Assembly (NCBI RefSeq): GCF_006345805.1
Contig: NW_021835175.1
Span: forward strand, 1 to 42,087
Reading direction: 5' to 3'
Length of the DNA: 42,087 bases
Source of the DNA: Octopus sinensis
Taxonomy: Eukaryota
Below are positions 10,400 to 22,020 of this stretch, piece after piece. Below the pieces are notes generated by a model, which did no database searches, was not told the DNA's origin, and saw only the letters and a program-made list of their open reading frames with translations. The number at the start of each line of letters is the position of its first letter. Position 1 is the stretch's first letter. The translations under genes were made by a program, and so were the position numbers.

Positions 10400-10720
10400 G
10401 GTCTATTTTTCCTGTTCTTCCTTCCCTACCCTCCTCCTCCCACCCCTTCGTCATCATCATCATCACATCATCATCATCTTCTTCTTCTTCTTCTTGTCCT
10501 TGTTCTTCTTCTCCTTCTTCTTCTTCCGCTTCTTCTTCATTTTCTACTCCTTCATCATCATAATCTTCTTCTCCTTCTTCATCATCTTCTCCATCATCTT
10601 CTCCATCATCATCATCTTCTTCTTCTTCTTCTTCTTCTTCTTCTTCTTCTTCTTCTTCTTTTTCTTCCTCTTCTTCTTTTTCTTCTTCTTTGTTCTTCTT
10701 TCTTCACGATATTCTCCCCT
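10400..10720. repeat. (CAT)n/(CTT)n low-complexity tract
   Basis: Directly visible. Confidence 0.9.
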
Positions 10721-11311
10721 TGTTTTTCTTTACCACCTCTTTCTCCAACACCACCACGTCTTCCACTTCATCTACTTCATTTCCTCCCCTACTCTCCGAT
10801 TCTATACCTTTCTACTCTGTACCTTTCCTCTTCCACTCTCTCTCTCTCTCTCTTCATATCCCACTCCCACTCTCCTCATCTGCCTAACCTCATCTTTATC
10901 TATCAAGTCATCAATTCACAGCATCAATAACTCCCTCATGACTTCTCTGCCAGCCAGTCATTCATTCCTTTACTTTCATAACCCGATGTCCTTCTTTCTC
11001 ATTTCCTCATACTTAGTTCTCTGTTCTCTGTATTTTAAAATACATTTTTTTAACGATTCCTCTCCCATTTTATAGTCTTTCTTATGTTAATAATTCTTTT
11101 CTTTGGATTCGGTATCGGTGTTATTGTGGTTATAATTGATTTAACCCTGTTGTTGTTGCAGTTGTTATCCTTATCTTCGACGTTGTATGATTTGCGTTTA
11201 TTTGTTATATTTCTAAAATAATTAGTGTTGCTATTGGCGGTTATGGCTAAACTGTGACATGTACACACACACACACATACACGTGTATGTGGACATATAT
11301 ATGTCCATATA

Positions 11312-11541
11312 GGCGGCGAGCTGGTAGAAACGTTAGCACGCCGGGCGAAATTCGTAGCCATATTTCGTCTGTCGTTACGTTCCGAGTTCAAATTCCGCCG
11401 AGGTCGACTTTGCCTTTCATCCTTTCGGGGTCGATAAATTAAGTACCAGTTACGCACTGGGGTCGATGTAGTCGACTTAATCCCTTTGTCTGTCCTTGTT
11501 TGTCCCCTCTGTGTTTAGCCCCTTGTGGGTAGTAAAGAAAT
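11312..11541 (+). mobile_element. tRNA-derived SINE family A, full length and young
   Basis: GGCGGCGAGCTGG..GAGTTCAAATTCC (box B), central GCCTTTCATCCTTTCGGGGTCGATAAATTAAGTACCAG (from memory resembles the Meta-type SINE core); 17-bp TSD ATATATATGTCCATATA at 11295-11311 and 11542-11558. Confidence 0.92.
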
Positions 11542-11931
11542 ATATATATGTCCATATATGTAACAACATTACTATGAACAAACACTGAAGCCTAGAGTGA
11601 GTTGCTGTTGTATAGAAATCAAAGGCAACTCGAACGCAGAAGAATAACTGTGAAAACAATTTTAGATAATCGGGAAAATGTGTAAGCGGGGAAAAAGTGA
11701 GCAACAAGCCGCTACAGAGAAATGAACTCTGTACTTCATAAATTCCTAATGAACGCTCTGTCAGAGGTCGTTTAGCCCAATAATACAGAGCACTCAGCTA
11801 GAAATTGAGAGGTGCAGAGTTTGATTCACTGTAGCAGCTGCTGATCGCTCTCTGCCGTATATAGAGATATTTTTACCCGATTTTCTAAAGCTATTCAACT
11901 GGATTCGAGATTTCCTTAATTTTTAAAAGGC

Positions 11932-11969
<38 letters not shown>

Positions 11970-12004
11970 TTGCATGCGTATATATATATATATATATATA
12001 TGAT

Positions 12005-12081
12005 GTAAGAATAAGTTGTTTTATAAAGCTCGAAACACGTGTACCGCGACATCCTTTGTGTTCTGTTTTTTATTTCATTTG

Positions 12082-12085
<4 letters not shown>
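12005..12085 (+). mobile_element. Family H4 fragment carrying the 3' half of a hammerhead-like motif
   Basis: GCTC-GAAAC-ACGT-GTA; homolog at 3840-3910. Confidence 0.5.
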
Positions 12086-12121
<36 letters not shown>

Positions 12122-12123
<2 letters not shown>

Positions 12124-12295
12124 CACACATTTTTTCTCTCCTTATTTCTCTCCTTGTTTTTTCTGCGTCCCTTTCTGTAGAAGAGCGTAGGCTCGAAACG
12201 TAAAAGGCTTTTTCTATTCCTGAGCGTTATACTAATACGTCTGTTTGTTTTGTACACCACCTGTCTTCGTCTTTTGTTTTTTCGTAAACTCTCCT

Positions 12296-12298
<3 letters not shown>
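12122..12298 (+). mobile_element. Family H1 repeat, best-preserved copy
   Basis: About 177 bp between (TA)n tracts; near-identical to 39115-39277. Confidence 0.8.
12170..12207 (+). ncRNA. Minimal type-I hammerhead ribozyme-like motif (A6U variant)
   Basis: Stem I CCTTT/AAAGG, core CTGTAGA+A, stem II GAGC-GTAG-GCTC, GAAA, palindromic ACGT, putative cleavage triplet GTA (12200-12202). Activity is untested. Confidence 0.6.
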
Positions 12299-12340
<42 letters not shown>

Positions 12341-12629
12341 ATCCAAGGATCGAGGTGTAGGAAGAAAGTTAGTTTCAAGCAATCAGTAATAATTATCAAA
12401 AACAACTTTCAGGGACAATGGTCGTTTATTGAGATGGAAGGTTGTGGATTTTTTCGTATCGAAGTACGATAAACGGAAAAAAGTTCTTTTTATATTTCAC
12501 GGTAGGCGACCAGGGTTGCTGGATGTGCCTGCGGTATACAACTCGCTCGGTTGTTTACCACTTCCGAGGTTCCACTCACTATGAAACATATGTAACCCGG
12601 ATCTTATCTACTTCATTCTTTAATTCTTG

Positions 12630-12732
12630 TGCGTGTGTGTGTGTGCGCGCACGCGTGCGTGTGTGTGTGTGTGTATGTGTTGGTGTGTGTGTGTGTGTGA
12701 TAGATAGATAGATAGATAGATAAGATATATAG

Positions 12733-12808
<76 letters not shown>
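12630..12808. repeat. (TG)n plus (GATA)n microsatellite
   Basis: Directly visible. Confidence 0.95.
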
Positions 12809-12865
12809 TTGCATGGAGTATGGCTCAGTGGCTCGATAAATTGATAAGTGGATGAATGTATTTGA

Positions 12866-13198
12866 AGGCGGATGGCTCAGTGGTTAGAGTGTCGAACTAG
12901 TGAGTTCTAGATCGTGAGGTCGTGAGTTCTATTCTCAGACCGGGTTGTATGTTGTGTTCTTGAGCGAGACATGTTGTTCCAGTTCACTCAGCTGTAGAAA
13001 TGGGTTGCGACGTCACTGATACGAAGCTGTATCAGCCTTTGCTTTTCCCTTGGACAACATCGGTGCCGTGGAGAGGAAAGACTGATATGCATGAGTAACT
13101 GCTGGTCTTCCATAAACAGCCTTATCCCCGGACTAGTGCCTAGGAGGGGGACTTTCTAGACGCAATCATGGTGATTCATGACCGAAGCAGGTCTCTAT
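12866..13198 (+). mobile_element. tRNA-derived SINE family D, older copy
   Basis: TGGCTCAGTGGTTAGAG box A; body GTTCCAGTTCACTCAGCTGTAGAAATG; colinear with 33244-33585. Confidence 0.85.
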
Positions 13199-13268
13199 TC
13201 TTTCATATGTATATATGAATATATATATGCGTGTGTGTGTAAGTGTGTGCATGTGTGTGTGTGTGTGT

Positions 13269-13312
<44 letters not shown>

Positions 13313-14029
13313 GGATGCGCACATGCGTGTGTTTGTGCCTGTCCCTGCGTGTGTTTGTGTGTAATTCTATTAGAAATAGAAGCAGAGCTACAGTACTGGC
13401 TTTGGATGGTTATTCATCTACTTTACCTTCTTGATTTTATTAATCTTTCCCCTTTCTGCTTGCATCCACAACTTTTCTCTTTTTTTTTTCCTTCTATTTA
13501 CTTTTCGCTATGTGTGTCAGTTTAATGCAATGCTAATCTCATGATTTTCTGCAACACGAATCATACGACTTGGAGATGAGATTTAAAGATTGTACAAACT
13601 TGTCGTATTCTTACACATTATAGTGACTGATAAAGAGAATGCATGTTAATATTCCCTTGGGATCCAAATTTAGCAGTATATAATTGTGCCAACAGTCATA
13701 GGGGAAAGGCTATCAGTATAATGCGGCGAACATTTTATAGGTTTATCAAAATGTTTTTCAAGCTTTAATGTCAGTCGGTTTTTTATTGTTGTTGTACAAC
13801 TACCAAATATGCTATTTTTTTTTTCATTACAGTTTATTTCAAATTAATGCGAATTGATAACTTCTTTAATTGGACAACCTGATGAACATAGAAATTCTTT
13901 CAGTTGTTAGTCACCAAGGGCTGATATTTACATCCTTCAACAGTGTAAAAAATACGTGGGTTTATAGAACGTGTAGGGCTAAACAAAAACGGTAACATAA
14001 AAATGTTGAGTGCTTTAGGACGTTATATA

Positions 14030-14271
14030 CAGTAATCCCTCGCCATATCGCAGTTCACCTATCGTGCACTCAGTACATCGCGGTTCACCTATCACGTACT
14101 CAGTACATCGCGGATTTTTCTGGCTGATATATGTAAATTTATATCGCTGACTCAACAGTATAACCGGGCTTCTACGACCGATAGGTATTTATATATATAT
14201 TTTTTTTAGATTTTAATTGTTTCCGTGGGAGGTTTTGGAACGTAACACCCGAGACATTCGACGAATTACTG
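14030..14271. mobile_element. pogo/Tigger-type MITE
   Basis: TA|CAGTAATCCCTCG...CGACGAATTACTG|TA (TIRs, TA TSD); contains an internal tandem duplication of about 31 bp. Confidence 0.8.
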
Positions 14272-14439
14272 TATTGCATAAAAATTTATTACGAATTTAG
14301 TACATAGAAATATAGAGGATAAACGTGTACGTATGTATGTATGTATGTATGTATGTATGTATGTATGTATGTATGTATGCTTGTATGCTTGTATGCGTGT
14401 ATGTATGTACGTATGTATGTACAGTTATATTTTATCCTT

Positions 14440-14585
14440 TATCTTTTACTTGTTTCAGTCATTAGACCGCAGCCATGTTGGGGTACCGCCTTGAATTTTT
14501 AGTCGAATTAATTGGCTTATTTCTTAAGATGCTACTTATTCTATCTTTGTTTTTTGTCGAACCGCTACGTTACGTGGACGGGGTC
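14440..14585 (-). mobile_element. SINE family B 3' end
   Basis: Minus strand GGCGGTACCCCAACATGGCTGCGGTCTAATGACTGAAACAAGTAAAAG. Confidence 0.75.
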
Positions 14586-14699
14586 GCTGCTGCTGCTGCC
14601 ATAGTTGCTGTGCATGCGGAGTAGACATTTATGTAGCAGCATATTGTACTGGCTTCTGTTGCCAGTATAAAACAGTTGTGTGGATAGTGCTACCACATG

Positions 14700-14900
14700 T
14701 GTGACAACTGAGCCATGGTCACACAGTCGGATGTACTAACCCTATTATTAGCAACTCCAGTGACACAAAAGTATCAAAGGTAGTCAAAGAATCCGATAAT
14801 AACACAGATCTGCAGAAAGACATGACTCAATATACACGTGGGCTAAAGAAAACAACATGCATTTCGAAGCTGAACAAATCACGCACAGATTTCAGTCAGA
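14700..14900 (+). mobile_element. CR1-group reverse transcriptase relic
   Basis: DTKVSKVVKESDNNTDLQKDM/IYTWAKENNMHF resembles the (YA)DDTK..D..LQ.DL..IY.WA..NNM.FN segment; frameshifted. Confidence 0.55.
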
Positions 14901-15129
14901 ATATACAGGAACAGAGGATATTGCAATCCTAGATTCAGTGACACATTCTTGGAAGCCAAATGAATAGTGATGTAGACGATTGGTTAGAAGGTGACATCCT
15001 TCATAACAAGAAAATGGTATGTTGGTTCTATGTAGAATATTGTTTCTCATTCGCCTGCGCAACTACTTTTAATTACGGTCCCCACATACCATTAAACAAA
15101 TAGCGGGGCAAAGCCGAGATTTTCTATCA

Positions 15130-16030
15130 CAACTAGAAGTTTGATGTTACCTTTATCTCTCTTGTTTATCAGGCATTTAGTAGCTATCTCCTGTAGCTGG
15201 ATAGCGCAGGCATATCCTTCCAAGTGAGATGTAATATGTCTATCACAAGCTCAGGTGAGGTTATTCTTCCTGTCAATGTTGTTGTCGTCCTCTAGCTTAA
15301 GGGATATGTCAATGATGTTGTCATCCTGTAGCTTAAGGGATAAGCTTTCTGCTGGTATGGTGCCTGATTTTTCTCCACGCTTCTGTTTAGGTAGGTCAAT
15401 TCAGCCTCCTTTGAACTTCTGAGTATGCATGTAATGCATTCATTTCTTGTTTTACTGTTCAGTAGGTGTTGTCTGAGTAATGCAATGCGACAGTCAAAGA
15501 CTCTTTGGACTGATCTTACGCCTCTTCTGCCTTCTCTTCGCCTCACATAAACCTTATGTGTGTCGTTGTTGCTGTGGAATTTGCCAGTGGTGGTCAGTAC
15601 TTTTTTAGTTTTGATCTCGTTCAGTGTTCATTTCAATATCCCAAATACTGGTACTAACACTGGCACTGCAAAAGCACTGGCACTAATCTTGTTAAATGCA
15701 GACAGCTCTGAGTTCTATATTTTCTGGAGTCTACAGAAGTACTCTTTTATTATTCTGGTTTTAGTCACAGGACCAACACATGCAATATTCTCATCGATTC
15801 CGAGGTACTTATAGTTTTCATCATTAGAGAAAGGAGAGATAGAAAATCCATTGACGTCCATGTTCTCTGCCTGGGGGACAATCTTTCCTCGGTTGACAAT
15901 CATGTATGAGTATTTACCTTGCCAAAACTCCATTCCTATGTCTCGTAAGAATGTTGTGACTTGATCTAATTGTCTCTGTATGGAAGAATGTTGTGACTTG
16001 ATCTAATTGTCTCTGTATGGAAGATTGTTA
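15130..16030 (-). mobile_element. R4/Dong-like non-LTR retrotransposon RT fragment
   Basis: IQRQLDQVTTFLRDIGMEFWQGK..RGK..YKYLGIDENI..KEYFCRLQKI..FGILK*TLNEIKTKKVLTTTGKFHSNND..VYVRRREGRRGV resembles R4-clade motifs (DIGM.FG, YKYLG, RLY..R..GGRGL). Confidence 0.75.
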
Positions 16031-16439
16031 AGGATGTAGCATATAGCACCTAACTTAGTGAGTGAAAGTAGAACCAATCCCCCAAATACCAACATATTGT
16101 GCAAAAAGTTCCACCTTCTTTATCAAAAGTAAGGAGACAATAATATAAAATCTTAGTATTCAAAGGCCTTTTCAATACCTTAAAAATGTTGAGAGATTTA
16201 CAAGTCGTAGATGCAAGATGCATTGAAGACCTATTACGACTAAATTGAAACTGCAATAACAGATGAGCCCACAGCACGATAAGAAACGCATTTAAAGACA
16301 GCTTCGTCCAACTCCTTCATTCACCAAAGCCAAACCAGGAAAGAGGATCCTCGAAGTGAAATGACAAAATAACAATGACACAAATAGTGGCACCCAAAGA
16401 TGACTTCCGTCACTCACTGAAAAATATAGATAAATGAAA

Positions 16440-16475
16440 GTGTGTGAGTGTATATATATATGTGCGTGTACGTGC

Positions 16476-16521
<46 letters not shown>

Positions 16522-16597
16522 ACATAAATAGACCAGACAGACTGCTTGTAGGTAGATACATACATAGATAGTTAACTAGATACATAGATAGATAGAT

Positions 16598-16630
<33 letters not shown>

Positions 16631-16639
16631 AATAGATAA

Positions 16640-16728
<89 letters not shown>

Positions 16729-17076
16729 CAGACAGATAAAGAGAGAGACAGACATACCAATACTTCAGAATCAATGTTTCTATTTGTTTATCTAATTGTG
16801 CGTATGTGTTTCTCTATAAGTGCACATACGTGGTCGTGAAAACATTACATGTAAATGGCTCAAGCAACAAATGGTTGAAAACAATGAGGGTTATAAGAAT
16901 AAATAAAGGACAAAATGTTTTGAAAAAATAACAGCAATAAAGAAAACAATGCATAAATAAATTAAATTTTAAATGTCATAGGAGAAACTATAGGATTGTG
17001 TTTACTTTTATGTGTGTTTAAATATATATACATATACATATACTATATATATATATACATACATATATATATTTAT

Positions 17077-17125
<49 letters not shown>

Positions 17126-17260
17126 GGTAGGTAGGTAGACACTGTGCTTGTAGTATGCGTATTTATATCTTTATACGTTATCGTGTATATATATATATAC
17201 ATACACGATATATATATTTTTATGTATGTATATATATATTATATATATATATATATAAGG
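16440..17260. repeat. (TG)n, (GATA)n and (TA)n microsatellite cluster
   Basis: Directly visible, with an AT-rich spacer. Confidence 0.85.
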
Positions 17261-17458
17261 AAATGAAGAAAATGCTGACAAAATAATTTAAGTAAGGGAG
17301 AGTGTATTTAATTAGGTGAAAGTTCTTTTTATCGGTTGCGCATTTGTTATGCTTATCAAAAGATATTTTTAAAGAGAGATAGAGCTCCCTTCTGATAGAT
17401 TTTTTTCTCTTATCTGCTGTCTCTTATATGGGTTTGCTGTCTCTTATATGTGAAAAAA

Positions 17459-17712
17459 GAGGCTCCAGAGTTGTTTAAGATTTGCTTGGTTTCGCGCCTA
17501 AAATTTCTTGTGGACAATGGTCAATACAATTTTGATTGGTCATTATAAAGGGGTCACGTGAATGTTTGAATGGAAGTTGGTGTTGGGGTAAGAAAATAGG
17601 CTCCAGAGATGTTAAAATTTGGCTAGTGTCGCGCCTAAAATTTCTTATTGGTCATAATAAAGAGGTCACGTGGATGTGGTCATAATAGAGAGGCCACGTG
17701 AATGTTTAGAAT
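17459..17712. repeat. Imperfect direct repeat with period of about 140 bp
   Basis: GGCTCCAGAG..TCGCGCCTAAAATTTCTT..ATTGGTCAT..GGTCACGTG occurs twice, with the last sub-block triplicated. Confidence 0.8.
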
Positions 17713-17902
17713 GAATGAATGTTTTCGAAAATAGCGTCGTTGAAAATTCTTATTGTTCAGGCTGGTCAGTAGACGTCATGTGGATATTTTAAATAGCTTT
17801 TTTAGCGCGTAGTTAAGGAGTGTATTTTCCGCTTGACTGAATTTGAGCTGGATAAGTAAGTTCGTTTAGGACGGGAAGAGCTATATGTATGTATGTGTGC
17901 GC

Positions 17903-17938
<36 letters not shown>

Positions 17939-18619
17939 TCATATGTATGTTGGGGCGCGCGCGCGTGTATATATGTGTGCGTGTGTGGGTACAATTTTCA
18001 ATATTTATAGTTCTGCTGGCCTTGTGCCTGTATCGGGAAGCAACGTGTTTGTGTGAAGTCAATATTTACAGTCATTTCCAAAAAATAGTGTTGGATGTTT
18101 TGCACCCGTATCAAATTATGTGTATGTGTGGAACCATATATTTGCGTGTGTCATGGTGTTAATATCTGGGTAAAAGTGTGTGTAGGGTGTGTGCAGGTGT
18201 AAATATATATATATATATATATTGGATGATGTGGCAGTAAGACCTGTTCTGTGCAAGCATTCAACTTGTTTGGGCACGCTTAGGTTAAAAAACAATTTTA
18301 GAATGATTTTTTTCTGTCACAACGCTAAAAATAACTAACAAAACAAAAAAGAAACAACCAAGATTCAACGAAATCAAAAATTTAATCCAAATACTAAGCG
18401 AACAAAGACGAACCATTCCACTCCCATTGCGCGCACGCACGCACGCACACACATTCACATACTCTCCTTATACATACACACACATACATTCACACAGAGT
18501 TGAAACGCTGTTTGATTTTTTTCAGCGTACACTACCAAGTATGACATCACTTCTTCCTTCCTTATTCATCTATCACCCCTTCCTTTCTCATTCAAAAACA
18601 CAAGAGTATTATTATAGTA

Positions 18620-19830
18620 GATTATCTCGGTAACCATGGGAGCTATGACAAAAATACAAAGCCCCGTTTCACCACCGGATCATTCTACACATGTGTAATT
18701 TTTCGCGCAATTCTACCCAGCCGTTTGGCCGTGAGTCCCAAGACAAGAAAGAATCGCCCATGTCGAGCAATAGTCGAAAGTCATATGTTCTGATGAAAGT
18801 TACTATGAAGTAAGATAGTACAGGTAGTCAATCAACATATAAACTTAATGTAAGGCGGCGAGCTGGCAGAAACGTTAGCGCGCCGGGCGAAATGCTTAGC
18901 GGTATTTCGTCTGCGTTACGTTGTGAGTTCAAATTCCGCCGAGGTCGACTTTGCCTTTCATCCTTTCGGGGTCGATAAATTAAGTACCAGTTACTCACTG
19001 GGGTCGATGTAATCGACTTAATCCCTTTATCTGTCCTTGTTTGTCCCCTCTATGTTTAGCCCCTTGTGGGTAGTAAAGAAATATATAAACTTAATGTAAC
19101 TGGTGTGTTGCCCAAAATATATTTTTAAAAAATTACCCAAGATAAAGCTATATTATTTTTCTTGTTTTTACTCAGGTTTTCGGTACATCAGGTGCAACTT
19201 TCGTGCGACGCAGAATTGGATAAGCATTGAAGGCTGAATGTCCGGTGCCAACCGTAAAACATGGGGGTGGTTCGATCATGGTATGGGCCTCCATGTCTGC
19301 CACAAGACCCGGAGAAATGTTTTTATGTCAGGGGAGGATGAATTTATCTACCTATGTTTCTATATTCTCGGATATTTCAGAGCCATCAATTGGTAAATTG
19401 CATCCAGGAGTGTCGAAAAACAGTGTTATCTTTCAGCAGGACGACGTTCCATGTCATACACCAAAGAATACTCGTCAATGGTTTGAGACACAGAGTATTG
19501 TTTCCATGGACTGGCCAACTCAAACCCCAATCTAAATCCAATTGAACACCTAAGGGGAACACTTGGTGAAGCTATCAGGAACACAACAATTAAAAATAAA
19601 GAGCGAAGAATGGAATAAAATTGCGCCTAGCACCTGCAAGAAACTAGTTGATTCAATGCCTAACCTTATAAAAGCGGTAACTGATGCTAAAGGGGGGGGG
19701 TATCAACCAGATATTAAAACTAATGTATATTGTGAAAAAACCATAATCTATCATGTGCACGAGTTTCATTAACATTGAGATAGCAGCACCCCAAAACATT
19801 GGGGTGGCCTAATACTTTTGGCCAAGGCTT
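18620..19830 (+). mobile_element. Tc1 (DD34E-type) transposase relic with a GT-AG intron (18810-19175); 5' boundary uncertain
   Basis: Exon 1 end HVEQ*SKVICSDESYYE, exon 2 VFGTSGATFVRRRIG*ALKAECPVPTVKHGGGSIMVW..FQQDDVPCHT..DWPTQTP/LNPIEHL..EEWNKIAPSTCKKLVDSMP..KAVTDAKGG; right TIR-like GTGGCCTAATACTTTTGGCCAAG. Confidence 0.85.
18854..19082 (+). mobile_element. SINE family A, full length, inserted in the Tc1 intron
   Basis: 17-bp TSD ATATAAACTTAATGTAA at 18837-18853 and 19083-19099. Confidence 0.93.
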
Positions 19831-20808
<978 letters not shown>

Positions 20809-20811
20809 TAT

Positions 20812-20970
20812 ATATACGACGAGCTTTCAGCTTTCGTCTACCACATACACTTACAAGGCTTTGGTCGGCCCTAGGCTATAGTAAAAACCACTTGGCAAAT
20901 GTCACGCAGCGAGATTGAAACCGGAACCATGTGAGTGAAAGCAAGCTTCTTACCACGCAGGCACAGCTGC
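20812..20970 (-). mobile_element. SINE family B 5' half
   Basis: Matches 41912-42070. Confidence 0.8.
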
Positions 20971-21069
20971 ATATACATATTTGTATATGTATGTATGTAT
21001 TATGTATATGCACGTGTACATTTATGGATATATGTGTGTATATATATATATATATATAATATATATATA

Positions 21070-21236
21070 CCGGAGTAAACACAAATGTGAAACAAGGTGG
21101 AAAAAAGAGTACTAAAATATCAGTGGTAGCGTAATATGCTTTATTTAAAGCAGCAGAAAATTCTACAAAACCTGTTACTCTGAGTGCGAAACTCGAGTAA
21201 CAGGTTTTGTAGAATTTCTTGCTGCTTTAAATAGAG
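21070..21236. repeat. Repeat fragment ending in a near-perfect hairpin (21142-21233)
   Basis: 39-bp arms with two mismatches plus an inner GAGT-GCGAA-ACTC stem-loop. Confidence 0.85.
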
Positions 21237-21295
21237 TATATATATATATATATATATACTATATATATATATATATATTATATATATATATAAAT

Positions 21296-21720
21296 AGAAA
21301 AAAAACACCTTTTATCAATTCAAAATGAACAATTAAATTACACTATCTAGAAAATTACCTATAATAGAAATATTAAAATAAAATAACAATAAAATGTCAA
21401 TGATTAAGTAAATTGCAAAAAAATAATAATAAAAACGTTTATAATTTGTATTTGTTATTCTACAAATATATACGTTTTTATTATTATTTTTCTTTTTGCA
21501 ATTTGCTTAATCATTGACATTTTATTGTTATTTTAATTTTAATATTTCTATTATATGTAATTTTCTTGATGGTGTAATTTAATTGTTCATTTTGAATTGA
21601 TAAAAGGTGGGGTTTTTTTCTAATTTTTTATATATATATTATATTGTATGAAATTTGATTTTTTATTTCTAAATTGAATATTTTTCCTTGTAAGTTTGGA
21701 TTTTATTCCCTCAAATAATA
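21296..21720. mobile_element. AT-rich foldback (palindrome 21296-21621) plus unique tail, inserted in (TA)n
   Basis: AGAAAAAAAACACCTTTTATCAATTCAAAATGAACAATTAAATTACAC mirrors GTGTAATTTAATTGTTCATTTTGAATTGATAAAAGGTGGGGTTTTTTTCT; arms are about 145 bp. Confidence 0.85.
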
Positions 21721-21989
21721 ATAATTATTATTATATATATGAGTGCATGTGTGTGTATACATATGGGTACATGTATGTGGCAGGCGCCATGTTCTCTTGC
21801 TTGTATGTATAAGTGGTCAATTGTACGTGAATGTTTGTAAGCGACCGCCTTCCTAAGCCTGACTGTGAGTGCGCGTGCACGATTGTGTTTGTTTCATTAA
21901 TATTTTTCTATTTCTTTCCATTTTTTTTTTGTTTCTTCTGTATGTCTTCGTCATATTATATACGTCCGTGTGTATGCGTGAGTGTGTTG

Positions 21990-22020
<31 letters not shown>

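Noticed and set aside
10494-11075. 193-aa Phe/Ile-rich ORF
   Set aside because: It is a (CTT)n/(CAT)n and pyrimidine-rich low-complexity tract with no domain signal.
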